Counted from the first letter of the stretch, positions 48,061-56,118 are shown. The stretch: 64,000 nucleotides of DNA from Myxococcota bacterium (GCA_041389495.1 JAWKRT010000001.1:1042471-1106470), one strand, 5' to 3'. Numbers and translations: made by a program. Notes: generated from the letters alone by a model not told the origin.

Positions 48061-48092
48061 GAAGGGCCGCTGGCGGTTGCCAGCGGCCCTTC
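48061..48092 (-). terminator. 14-bp stem / 4-nt loop hairpin downstream of P4
   Basis: GAAGGGCCGCTGGC-ggtt-GCCAGCGGCCCTTC. Confidence 0.55.
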
Positions 48093-48868
48093 GGAGAGGC
48101 CGCGCGAGCCGCGTGCACCCTCGCGGGCGCCGCGCGTCTCGCGCTCTTCGCGCGCGGCTACTTCTTGCGGAGCACCGTGCGCGAGCCCGCGACGAGCAGG
48201 CCGATCGCGAGCGCGCCCGCGCCGATCAGCGGCAGGGCGGGGACGCCACCGCCGACGAACGTGCCGCGGATGAGGAACTGGCGGTTCGACGTGCCGCCGT
48301 TGTTCGTCTGGTTGATGTACGGCGAGGCGGCCTGGAAGTCGCCCTCCGCGTCGAACGCCCAGGTGCCGAGGTCGTACGTCGGCGAGTTCACGTCGGGCGA
48401 CGGCGTCGTGATGCCGTGCGGCGTCTGCGCGCCCGCGGTGCAGATCGTCTGCGGGCTCGAGATGCAGAAGGCCTGGCCGCTGTTGCTCCAGCCTGCGAGC
48501 ACGCCCCAGTCGACCGAGCCGCCGGGCGCCGTGCTGCCGGGGTGCGTGGTGCCGAGCGTCGGGCGGCGCGTGGCGTCGGAGGTGACGAACACGTAGGCGC
48601 CGGGCCCGAAGACGACGGTGATCGCGTCGGGGCCGAAGTTGGTGTTCACGATGCGGCGCATGTTGAAGTCGGTGATGGTCACCGTGCCGCCGCCGTTGTC
48701 GTTGAGCTGGTAGTCGCCCTGCATGAGGCCCGCGCTCGACTGGATGGGCGGGCAGAGCGTCGTCGAGTACTGGAGCTCGTCGCCCGCGACGCCGTGCGGC
48801 GGGGTCGAGTCGTAGGTCTTCACGACGGCCGAGGCCGGCGCGGCGATCGCGGCGGCCGCGAGCGCGAG
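48061..48868 (-). repeat. second copy of the 808-nt P3/P4 duplication
   Basis: See 46923-47730. Confidence 0.85.
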
Positions 48869-48889
48869 GATGGCGTGCGAGAAGCGCAT
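48158..48889 (-). CDS. secreted protein with PEP-CTERM-like C-terminal sorting tail, paralog P4
   Basis: 243 aa. ATG 48889 preceded by AGGAGAG. By my manual alignment it differs from P3 at 15 of 243 residues. Confidence 0.8.
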   Translation of the reverse strand: MRFSHAILALAAAAIAAPASAVVKTYDSTPPHGVAGDELQYSTTLCPPIQSSAGLMQGDYQLNDNGGGTVTITDFNMRRIVNTNFGPDAITVVFGPGAYVFVTSDATRRPTLGTTHPGSTAPGGSVDWGVLAGWSNSGQAFCISSPQTICTAGAQTPHGITTPSPDVNSPTYDLGTWAFDAEGDFQAASPYINQTNNGGTSNRQFLIRGTFVGGGVPALPLIGAGALAIGLLVAGSRTVLRKK

Positions 48890-49057
48890 TCCGTTCTCTC
48901 CTGGTCTTGCTCTGGACTGGTTCGAGTCTCTCGGTTGCCTCCGCGCGCGCTCCGGCCCCACGGTGAGGCCGGGTGTTCGCGTCGCGGGGCAGCGCCTCGG
49001 CCTCGTTCGAGCGGGTGACCCGGCGGCTTCGGCTCTGGCGCTGCTCCCCAAAGTGGT

Positions 49058-49073
49058 GCAAAGCCCATGCCTC
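49058..49073 (-). promoter_or_regulatory. sigma54 (-24/-12) promoter of P4: AGGCAT-GGGCT-TTGCA
   Basis: The reverse complement of 49058-49073 has correct GG-N10-GC spacing, about 170 nt upstream of the P4 ATG. Confidence 0.6.
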
Positions 49074-49291
49074 TGCGCGGGGCCGCTGAGCGCGATGCCG
49101 CAGTGCGTCGGCGTCCCGGGTGGTGCGTTCCGCTCCACCCGATGGTGCGAGGTGAGCCGAGCGCTGCCGGCGCGTTGCCGGTGCTCGTGCGACCGCGCGC
49201 AACCGTTCGCGGCGGGCGGCGCGGTGGTCGCCGCGCCGGCCGTGTGGTACTCCAGCGCCGCGCCGCGTCGTCGTCGTGCACGAGCGCCGCC

Positions 49292-49333
49292 GCGCACGGG
49301 CGCCGCGCACGGGGCGGGGCGCACGGGGCGGGG
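49292..49333 (+). repeat. three tandem ~14-nt units (GCGCACGGGGCGGG) forming a GGGG-C-GGGG-CGCAC-GGGG-C-GGGG G-quadruplex-type motif upstream of ctaB
   Basis: Units at 49292-49304 (degenerate), 49305-49318 and 49319-49332. The four G4 tracts span 49311-49333 on the ctaB coding strand, ~76 nt before ATG 49409. Confidence 0.7.
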
Positions 49334-49408
49334 CGCGCCACGCTCTCCCGATTCCCATCCACTCGACGGTCGGCGCTCCCCACGATCCCAGGGCGCCGGG
49401 GGCTCGCC

Positions 49409-50302
49409 ATGGCGACCGCGATCGGTCGGACCGTTCGCACCTATGCGGAGCTGACGAAGCCGCGGCTCCTCCCGCTCGTGCTGGTCACCGGCATCCCGGC
49501 GCTCGCGATGGCGGCGGGCGAGTGGCCGTCGTTCTCGACGATGCTCGTCGTGCTCGGCGGCATCGCGATGGCGGCCGCAGCCGCGAACACGTTCAACGCC
49601 TACATCGAGCGCGATCTCGACAAGCACATGGAGCGCACGAAGGATCGGCCGCTCCCGTCCGGTCGGCTCGCGCCTCGCGCCGCGCTCGCCTTCGGGCTCG
49701 CGCTGACGGTGCTGTCCACCGCCGTCCTCTACGCGCAGGGCGGCCCGATGGCGGCCGGGCTCGGCGTCGCCACGATCCTCTTCTACGTCTTCGTCTACAC
49801 GATCTGGCTCAAGCCGCGCTCGGCGTGGAACGCGGTGATCGGCGGCGCCGCCGGCGCGGCCGCACCTCTGATCGCCGACGCCGCGGTGCACGGGACCGTG
49901 GGCGCTCCCGGCCTCGTGCTGTTCGCGATCGTGTTCTTCTGGCAGCCGCCGCACGTGTGGGCGATCGCGCTCTTCCGCAAGGAGGAGTACGCGAGCGCGG
50001 GCTTCCCCGTGCTTCCGAACGTGATCGGCGACGAAGCGACGCGCTGGCGGATCTTCTGGTACACGCTCGCGCTCGTCCCCGTGACGCTCGCGCCGGTTGT
50101 GCTCGGCCTTTCGGGCGGGCTCTATCTCGCCGTCGCCGTGGCCGCGAACGCGTGGTTCGTCGCGCACGCGGTGCGCGTGCTGCGGGAGCGCACGCCCGAG
50201 GCCGCGCGCGGGCTCTTCTTCGCGTCGCTCGGCTATCTGTTCGCGCTCTTCGCGGCGATGATCGCGGAGCTCGCGGCCGGCCTCTCTCCCGCGCTGCGCT
50301 AG
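49409..50302 (+). CDS. ctaB: protohaem IX farnesyltransferase (haem O synthase)
   Basis: YAELTKPRLLPLVLVT...NTFNAYIERDLDKHMERTKDRPLPSGRL is the canonical UbiA-type CtaB/CyoE pattern. Confidence 0.9.
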   Translation: MATAIGRTVRTYAELTKPRLLPLVLVTGIPALAMAAGEWPSFSTMLVVLGGIAMAAAAANTFNAYIERDLDKHMERTKDRPLPSGRLAPRAALAFGLALTVLSTAVLYAQGGPMAAGLGVATILFYVFVYTIWLKPRSAWNAVIGGAAGAAAPLIADAAVHGTVGAPGLVLFAIVFFWQPPHVWAIALFRKEEYASAGFPVLPNVIGDEATRWRIFWYTLALVPVTLAPVVLGLSGGLYLAVAVAANAWFVAHAVRVLRERTPEAARGLFFASLGYLFALFAAMIAELAAGLSPALR

Positions 50303-50315
50303 CCGAGCCGCGCCC

Positions 50316-50756
50316 GTGAGCCCGCCCGACGCGCTCGCCGCCCTTCCCGCCGTCAACGCGTCGCTCAACGCGATCGCGTGCGGGCTGCTCGTGTACGGAC
50401 GCGCGCTCGCGCGGGCGGGCCGCGAGCGCGCGCACCGCCGCGTGATGATCGCCGCGTTCGCGGTCTCGAGCGTCTTCCTGGCGCTCTACGTCGCGCACAA
50501 GTGGTCGCGCGACTTCGAGAACACGACCTTCCACGCGACCGGCCTCGCGAAGACGGCCTACCTGGCGCTGCTCGCGAGCCACGTCGCGCTCGCGACGAGC
50601 GTGCCCGTGTTCGCGATCGCGCTGATCCGGCTCGGCCTCCGCGACGAGCGCGAGCGACATCGCCGGCTCGCGCGCATCGCGTGGCCCGTGTGGCTCTACG
50701 TCTCGATCACGGGCGTCGCGATCTACGTGCTGCTCTACCACCTGAACCCGCAGTGA
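50316..50756 (+). CDS. DUF420-family membrane protein (cytochrome-oxidase-associated)
   Basis: 146 aa with 4 helices. LPAVNASLNAIACGLL...HRRVM...LYVAHK...H..LA pattern. Located between ctaB and the oxidase genes. Confidence 0.65.
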   Translation: MSPPDALAALPAVNASLNAIACGLLVYGRALARAGRERAHRRVMIAAFAVSSVFLALYVAHKWSRDFENTTFHATGLAKTAYLALLASHVALATSVPVFAIALIRLGLRDERERHRRLARIAWPVWLYVSITGVAIYVLLYHLNPQ

Positions 50757-51198
50757 GCGCGCGCGCGGCGGAGGTCGCGCGGGCGGCTCGGGCGAACGCC
50801 CGAGCGCGCGCCGCGCGCGCGTCGGACGGCGCGCGGGAGACGCGCTGCAACGCAATGTGGCCTTGCCCGCCCCATACCCGTGGGCTAACCCACCGCGCGC
50901 TCGGCACACCGCGGCGAGTCGTCGCGGCAACTGCAGGCGCGACGCTCCGGTCGCGGTTCACTTTTCGCTTTTCCGGGCGCGCTCGAAGCGCGATGCTCCC
51001 GCTCCGCGCGCGGGGGGATGCGCGGGCAGCGGTCGGGCGCGGAGCAGAGGGACGCGCCGCCCGCGCGCACGCGTGCGCGACGGCTCTCGAACGACGGCTC
51101 GTACACGACGGATTCACCCCGACCTGCGGTCGGTCTCGCTATCGCCAATCGGCCCGTCTCGATCCGACGGTCCACCTGACGGGAAGCCGCCAAGCATC

Positions 51199-51852
51199 AT
51201 GAAGCACCTCACTCTCATCGCCATCGTCGCCGTCGCGTTCGCCGCGGCGCCGCACGCGGTCGCCGAAGGCGGCGACGCCGCGAACGGAGCGGAGATCTTC
51301 GCCACGTGCGTGCCGTGCCACGGAGCGGACGGGCAGGGACGCGCGGTCGGGAAGGGCCCGGCGATCGCCGGCCTGCCGCAGTGGTACGTCGAGGGGCAGC
51401 TCGGCAAGTTCCAGAGCGGCGGGCGCGGCGCGCATCCCGACGACCACGAGGGCCTGCGCATGCGGCCGATGTCGCGATCGCTGATGAACCGCGACGGTGT
51501 CGTGAAGAGCCGCGTGCAGGATGTCGCCGCGTACGTCGCGAGCCTGCCGAAGGCGTCGCCCGCGCACACCGTCGACGGCGACGCCGAGGTCGGCAAGTCG
51601 CTCTACACGCCGTGCATCGCGTGCCACGGGCCGGCGGGCGGGGGCAACCCGGCGCTGAACGCGCCGCCCCTCGTCGGGCTGAACGACTGGTACCTGGTGC
51701 AGTCGATCGAGAAGTTCCAGGCCGGCATCCGCGGCGGCAACGCCGCGAAGGATCCGACCGGCGCGCTGATGCGGCCGATGGCGATGACGCTCACGGACGC
51801 GAAGAAGGTCAAGGACGTCGTCGCGTACATCCGCACGCTCGGCGCGAACTAG
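51199..51852 (+). CDS. di-haem cytochrome c (c4-like), exported
   Basis: Signal peptide MKHLTLIAIVAVAFAAAPHAVA. Two CxxCH sites (CVPCH, CIACH), each followed by a ...MRPM... segment. Confidence 0.8.
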   Translation: MKHLTLIAIVAVAFAAAPHAVAEGGDAANGAEIFATCVPCHGADGQGRAVGKGPAIAGLPQWYVEGQLGKFQSGGRGAHPDDHEGLRMRPMSRSLMNRDGVVKSRVQDVAAYVASLPKASPAHTVDGDAEVGKSLYTPCIACHGPAGGGNPALNAPPLVGLNDWYLVQSIEKFQAGIRGGNAAKDPTGALMRPMAMTLTDAKKVKDVVAYIRTLGAN

Positions 51853-51904
51853 CATTCCAGCCGCGGGCGCCCGAGCGCGTCCGCCATCGAACGAGGAGAC
51901 CACC

Positions 51905-52012
51905 GTGGCAGGACCCGAGAGGGACCCGGACGATCTCGCCTACCGAGCCTTCCTGATCACCATGGGCGGCGTGCTCTCGTTCGTCGCCGTCGTCTTCATC
52001 TTCATCCTCTGA
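51905..52012 (+). CDS. possible 35-aa single-helix membrane peptide upstream of coxB
   Basis: Not in the supplied ORF track (too short). GTG 51905 preceded by GAGGAG. Translation VAGPERDPDDLAYRAFLITMGGVLSFVAVVFIFIL. Ends 8 nt before coxB. Confidence 0.35.
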   Translation: MAGPERDPDDLAYRAFLITMGGVLSFVAVVFIFIL

Positions 52013-52019
52013 GGCGCAC

Positions 52020-52712
52020 ATGGTCGAGATGTTCCTTCCGCAGGGCTCCACCTACGCGGGCCAGATCGACGGCGTGATCAACCTGGTCACGCTGCTCGTC
52101 GGCTTCTGGTTCACGGTCGCGCAGGTGGTCTTCTTCTGGCTGATCTTCACGCAGCGAGCGAAGCCGGGCGTGCACGCCGGCTACGTGACGGGCGAGGAGG
52201 AGTTCCCGAAGAAGTACATCGGCTGGGCGCACTGGGGCGTGCTCGCGTGCGACGTGCTCATCCTCGTCTTCGCGGTGCAGGCCTGGTACCGCGTGAAGCA
52301 GGATCTCCCGCCGGCGGAGCAGACGGTCCGCGTGATCGGCCAGCAGTGGGCGTGGACCTTCCAGCACCCCGGCCCGGACGGCCAGCTCGACACGGACGAC
52401 GACATCACGACGGTCGACGAGCTGCACCTGCAGAAGGACGTCCTCTACCACTACCAGCTCGAGTCGCGCGACGTGCTGCACAGCTTCTCGGTGCCGGTGT
52501 TCCGCCTGAAGCAGGACGCGGTGCCGGGGCGCACGATCACGGGCTGGTTCAAGCCGATCATCACCGGCGAGCACGACATCCAGTGCGCCGAGATCTGCGG
52601 CATCGGTCACGGCATCATGGGCGCGAAGGTGTTCCTCGAGACGCCCGAGCAGCACGCCGCCTGGATGCAGCAGAACACCACCACCAGCCTCGCGGCCGCG
52701 GACCTGCGTTAG
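52020..52712 (+). CDS. coxB: cytochrome c oxidase subunit II
   Basis: Two N-terminal helices and a CuA site (DVLHSF...CAEICGIGHGIM). Confidence 0.85.
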   Translation: MVEMFLPQGSTYAGQIDGVINLVTLLVGFWFTVAQVVFFWLIFTQRAKPGVHAGYVTGEEEFPKKYIGWAHWGVLACDVLILVFAVQAWYRVKQDLPPAEQTVRVIGQQWAWTFQHPGPDGQLDTDDDITTVDELHLQKDVLYHYQLESRDVLHSFSVPVFRLKQDAVPGRTITGWFKPIITGEHDIQCAEICGIGHGIMGAKVFLETPEQHAAWMQQNTTTSLAAADLR

Positions 52713-52740
52713 GCGAAGCGCGGTACCGAGGAGGAGCCCC

Positions 52741-54465
52741 ATGGCCGAGACGATCCACACGCCGGCGCACGGACACGACGCCCACGGCGACCATCACCAC
52801 GAGATGTCGTTCTGGGAGAAGTACGTCTTCCCGCTCGACCACAAGATGATCGGCATGCAGTACATGTTCACGGGCATGTTCATGGCGATGATCGGCGGGT
52901 ACTTCGCCTACGTGTTCCGCACGCAGCTCGCGTTCCCCGGGCAGGAAGTGCTCTTCTGGGGGCTCGTGTCGCCCGGCGAGTACAACGCCCTCGTCACGAA
53001 CCACGGCACGATCATGATCTTCTGGGTCGCCATGCCGGTGCTGATCGCGGCGTTCGGGAACTTCCTGATCCCGCTGATGTGCGGCTGCGACGACATGGTG
53101 TTCCCGAAGCTGAATCGCCTCAGCTACCAGATCTTCCTCCTGTCGGCGATCGTGCTGCTGGCGTCGTTCTTCGTGGAGGGCGGCGGCTTCGGCGGTGCGT
53201 GGACGGCCTACCCGCCGCTCTCGTCCACCTACCAGTACAACCTCACGCCGATGGGCTCGACGCTCTGGGTCGTCGCCGTCGGCCTCGAGTTCGTCGCCTT
53301 CCTGCTCGGCGGCATCAACTTCGTGACCACCGCGATGAACTCGCGGGCGCCGGGCATGCGGCTCTACGACATCCCGATCGTCGTGTGGTTCATCGTCGTC
53401 GCGAGCATCCTGTTCATGGCGTCCGTCGGCCCGCTGATCGCCGGCGCCGTGATGCTCGCGTTCGACCAGACGCTCGGCACCGCCTTCTTCGACCCGACCC
53501 GCGGCGGCGACCCGATCCTCTGGCAGCACCTCTTCTGGTTCTTCGGGCACCCCGAGGTGTACGTCGTGCTGCTGCCCGCGATCGGCATCGCGGCCGAGAT
53601 CATCACGGTGTTCTCGCGCAAGAAGCTGTTCGCGTACCGCACCGTCCTCTACACGGCGTTCGGCACGGGCGTGCTGTCGTTCGCGGTCTGGGCCCACCAC
53701 CAGTTCGTGGCCGGCATCGACCCGCGCATGGCCAACGTCTTCACGATCACGACGCTGCTCATCTCGGTGCCGATCGCGGAGATGTGCTTCGTCTACATCG
53801 CGACGCTCTACAAGGGGTCGATCACGCTCACCACGCCGATGCTCTGGGCGCTCTCCTTCATCGGCGAGTTCCTGATCGGCGGCGTGACGGGCATCTTCCT
53901 CGGCGCCTCGGGCTCGGACATCTACTTCCACGACACCTACTTCGTGCTCGCCCACTTCCACTACACGTTCTTCCCGATCGCGATCATCGGCGTGTACTCG
54001 GGCGTCACCTACTGGTACCCGAAGATGTTCGGCAGGATGCTGAACGACACGCTCGGCAAGCTGCACTTCTGGCTGACGATCATCCCGTTCAACCTGATCT
54101 TCCTGCCGCTCTTCGTGCTCGGCCTCGCCGGCCAGCACCGCCGCATCTACAACTACGAGCACTTCCCCGAGCTCGCGACGGACGAGCTCCAGATGCTGCG
54201 CGTGATCGCGACGGTGGCGCTCTGGGTGATGCTCGTGTCCCAGTTCATCTTCATCTACAACTTCTTCTCGAGCCTCCGGAACGGGAAGAAGGCGGGCAAC
54301 AACCCGTGGAAGGCGAACACGCTCGAGTGGGTGGCTCCGTCGCCGCCGCCGCACGGCAACTTCGCCGAGATGCCCACCGTGTACCGCGGGCCGTACGAGT
54401 ACTCGCACCCCGATCGCCTGAAGGCGACGGGCGAGGACTACTGGCCGCAGAACGTTCCGAACTAA
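52741..54465 (+). CDS. ctaD: cytochrome c oxidase subunit I
   Basis: 574 aa. GMQYMFTG, NHGTIMIFW, WFFGHPEVYV and HHQFV blocks of haem-copper oxidase subunit I. Confidence 0.95.
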   Translation: MAETIHTPAHGHDAHGDHHHEMSFWEKYVFPLDHKMIGMQYMFTGMFMAMIGGYFAYVFRTQLAFPGQEVLFWGLVSPGEYNALVTNHGTIMIFWVAMPVLIAAFGNFLIPLMCGCDDMVFPKLNRLSYQIFLLSAIVLLASFFVEGGGFGGAWTAYPPLSSTYQYNLTPMGSTLWVVAVGLEFVAFLLGGINFVTTAMNSRAPGMRLYDIPIVVWFIVVASILFMASVGPLIAGAVMLAFDQTLGTAFFDPTRGGDPILWQHLFWFFGHPEVYVVLLPAIGIAAEIITVFSRKKLFAYRTVLYTAFGTGVLSFAVWAHHQFVAGIDPRMANVFTITTLLISVPIAEMCFVYIATLYKGSITLTTPMLWALSFIGEFLIGGVTGIFLGASGSDIYFHDTYFVLAHFHYTFFPIAIIGVYSGVTYWYPKMFGRMLNDTLGKLHFWLTIIPFNLIFLPLFVLGLAGQHRRIYNYEHFPELATDELQMLRVIATVALWVMLVSQFIFIYNFFSSLRNGKKAGNNPWKANTLEWVAPSPPPHGNFAEMPTVYRGPYEYSHPDRLKATGEDYWPQNVPN

Positions 54466-54486
54466 CGAGACGGGAACCCGACGACC

Positions 54487-55062
54487 ATGTCCGTTCGACC
54501 CATCGCGACGACGCGCAGCGTCACTGGCATTCCCACCGGGCGCCTGGCCGTCTGGTGGGTGATCGGCTCCGAGATCGTGATCTTCGGGGGGCTGATCCTC
54601 TCCTACCTGATGCACCGGCTCGCCAACGACGAGTGGGCGGCGCACTCGGCGAACACGAACACGACGATCGGCGCGATCAACACCTTCGTGCTGCTCACGT
54701 CGAGCCTCACGGCGGTGCTCGGCCACAAGGCGGCCGAGGAGGGCAACGGGCCGAAGGCGGCCAACATGCTGCTCTTCACGTGCCTCGGCGGCGCGACGTT
54801 CGCGGGCATCAAGGCCTTCGAGTGGACGACGGAGATCTCGCACGGGTTCACGCTGCTCACGAACACCTTCTGGAGCTTCTACTACACGGCGTGCGGGCTG
54901 CACGCGCTCCACGTGATCGCGGGCTGCATCATCATGCTGTTCGTCGCGGCGAGTGCGCGGAAGGGCCAGGATCTCCATCGCGTCGAGCTGATCGGGATCT
55001 ACTGGCACTTCGTCGACATCGTCTGGATCTTCCTCTTCCCGCTCATCTACATCGCGAAGTGA
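54487..55062 (+). CDS. coxC: cytochrome c oxidase subunit III (short, 5-helix form)
   Basis: 191 aa. WWVIGSEIVIFGGLI...FYYTACGLHALHVIAG...YWHFVDIVWIFLF is the subunit III pattern. Confidence 0.85.
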   Translation: MSVRPIATTRSVTGIPTGRLAVWWVIGSEIVIFGGLILSYLMHRLANDEWAAHSANTNTTIGAINTFVLLTSSLTAVLGHKAAEEGNGPKAANMLLFTCLGGATFAGIKAFEWTTEISHGFTLLTNTFWSFYYTACGLHALHVIAGCIIMLFVAASARKGQDLHRVELIGIYWHFVDIVWIFLFPLIYIAK

Positions 55063-55072
55063 CGGAGGCCCC

Positions 55073-55471
55073 ATGTCGGACCACGGCGAGCACGCCGCGC
55101 ACGAGACCAACTACGTCAAGATCTGGGCGATCCTCGTCGTCCTCCTGCTCGTCAGCGTCGCCGGCCCCGAGATCGGCTACCTGACGGGCATCCGGGCGAT
55201 CACGCTCTTCACGGCCTTCGGCATCGCGATCATCAAGGCCTGGCTCGTGATCAAGAACTTCATGCACCTGAACGTCGAGAAGCGGATCATGGCCTACATG
55301 CTCACGACCTGCGTCGTGTTCATGCTGCTGTTCTTCGCGGGCTCGTCGCCCGACGTCATGAAGTTCGAGGGTCGCAACTGGACGAAGGTCGACTACCACA
55401 CGCCCGAGCCCGTCTCGCACCACGAGGCGGCCGGCGGGCACGGCGAAGAGGCCGCGCCCGCGCACCACTAG
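55073..55471 (+). CDS. cytochrome c oxidase subunit IV (bacterial COX4_pro type)
   Basis: 132 aa. YVKIWAILVVLLLVSV...AIIKAWLVIKNFMHL is typical of prokaryotic subunit IV. Confidence 0.7.
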   Translation: MSDHGEHAAHETNYVKIWAILVVLLLVSVAGPEIGYLTGIRAITLFTAFGIAIIKAWLVIKNFMHLNVEKRIMAYMLTTCVVFMLLFFAGSSPDVMKFEGRNWTKVDYHTPEPVSHHEAAGGHGEEAAPAHH

Positions 55472-55516
55472 TCGCGGCGCTCTCTCGCCTCGTCGCGCCC
55501 CCCGCGAGGTCGTCCG

Positions 55517-56086
55517 GTGGCCAAGGTCCAGCCGCTCCCGGTCCGCTATCAGCTCGTCCCGCACGGCGTGATGGGCATGCTCATCTTCGTCGTGACCGAG
55601 GCGATGGTCTTCGCGGGGATGATCAGCGCCTTCGCGATCGTGAAGGGCGCCGCGAAGGCGTGGCCGCCGCCCGGCCAGCCGCGTCTTCCCATCGAGGAGA
55701 CCGCGTTCAACACGGCCGCGCTGCTCGCGAGCGGGCTCGCGCTCTACCTCGCAGGGCGCAGCTTCCGCGAGTCGCCCGAGCGGGCGCGCGTCCCGATGGC
55801 GACGGCGCTCGGCCTCGGCGCCTTCTTCGTGATCTTCCAGGGCTTCGAGTGGGTCGAGCTGATCGCGCAGGGGCTCACGCTCACGTCGAGCCCGCACGGG
55901 AGCTTCTTCTACCTGATCGTCGGCGCGCACGCGCTGCACGCGCTCGGCGCGATCGCGGGCCTCGGCTGGGCGTTCTCGCGCCTGCTCCAGGGCACTCTCG
56001 CGTGGACGCAGCTCGCCCCGGTCCAGATCTTCTGGTACTTCGTGGTCGGCGTGTGGCCCGTGCTGTACGGGCTCGTCTACCTCTAG
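55517..56086 (+). CDS. second subunit-III-like haem-copper oxidase protein
   Basis: 189 aa with a GTG start. FVVTEAMVFAGMISAF...FYLIVGAHALHALGAI...FWYFVVGVWPVLY repeats the subunit III pattern of the gene two positions upstream. Confidence 0.7.
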   Translation: MAKVQPLPVRYQLVPHGVMGMLIFVVTEAMVFAGMISAFAIVKGAAKAWPPPGQPRLPIEETAFNTAALLASGLALYLAGRSFRESPERARVPMATALGLGAFFVIFQGFEWVELIAQGLTLTSSPHGSFFYLIVGAHALHALGAIAGLGWAFSRLLQGTLAWTQLAPVQIFWYFVVGVWPVLYGLVYL

Positions 56087-56118
56087 GGTCGCTGGAGCGA
56101 AGGATCGCGGAGGCCTCC

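Noticed and set aside
49051-49149. TGGTGCA / TGGTGCG half-sites around the P4 promoter that resemble the enteric NtrC site TGCACC-N5-GGTGCA.
   Set aside because: No proper dyad with the NtrC spacing is present, one copy overlaps the -12 element itself, and the other three paralog promoters lack them. This is too weak to assign NtrC as the activator.
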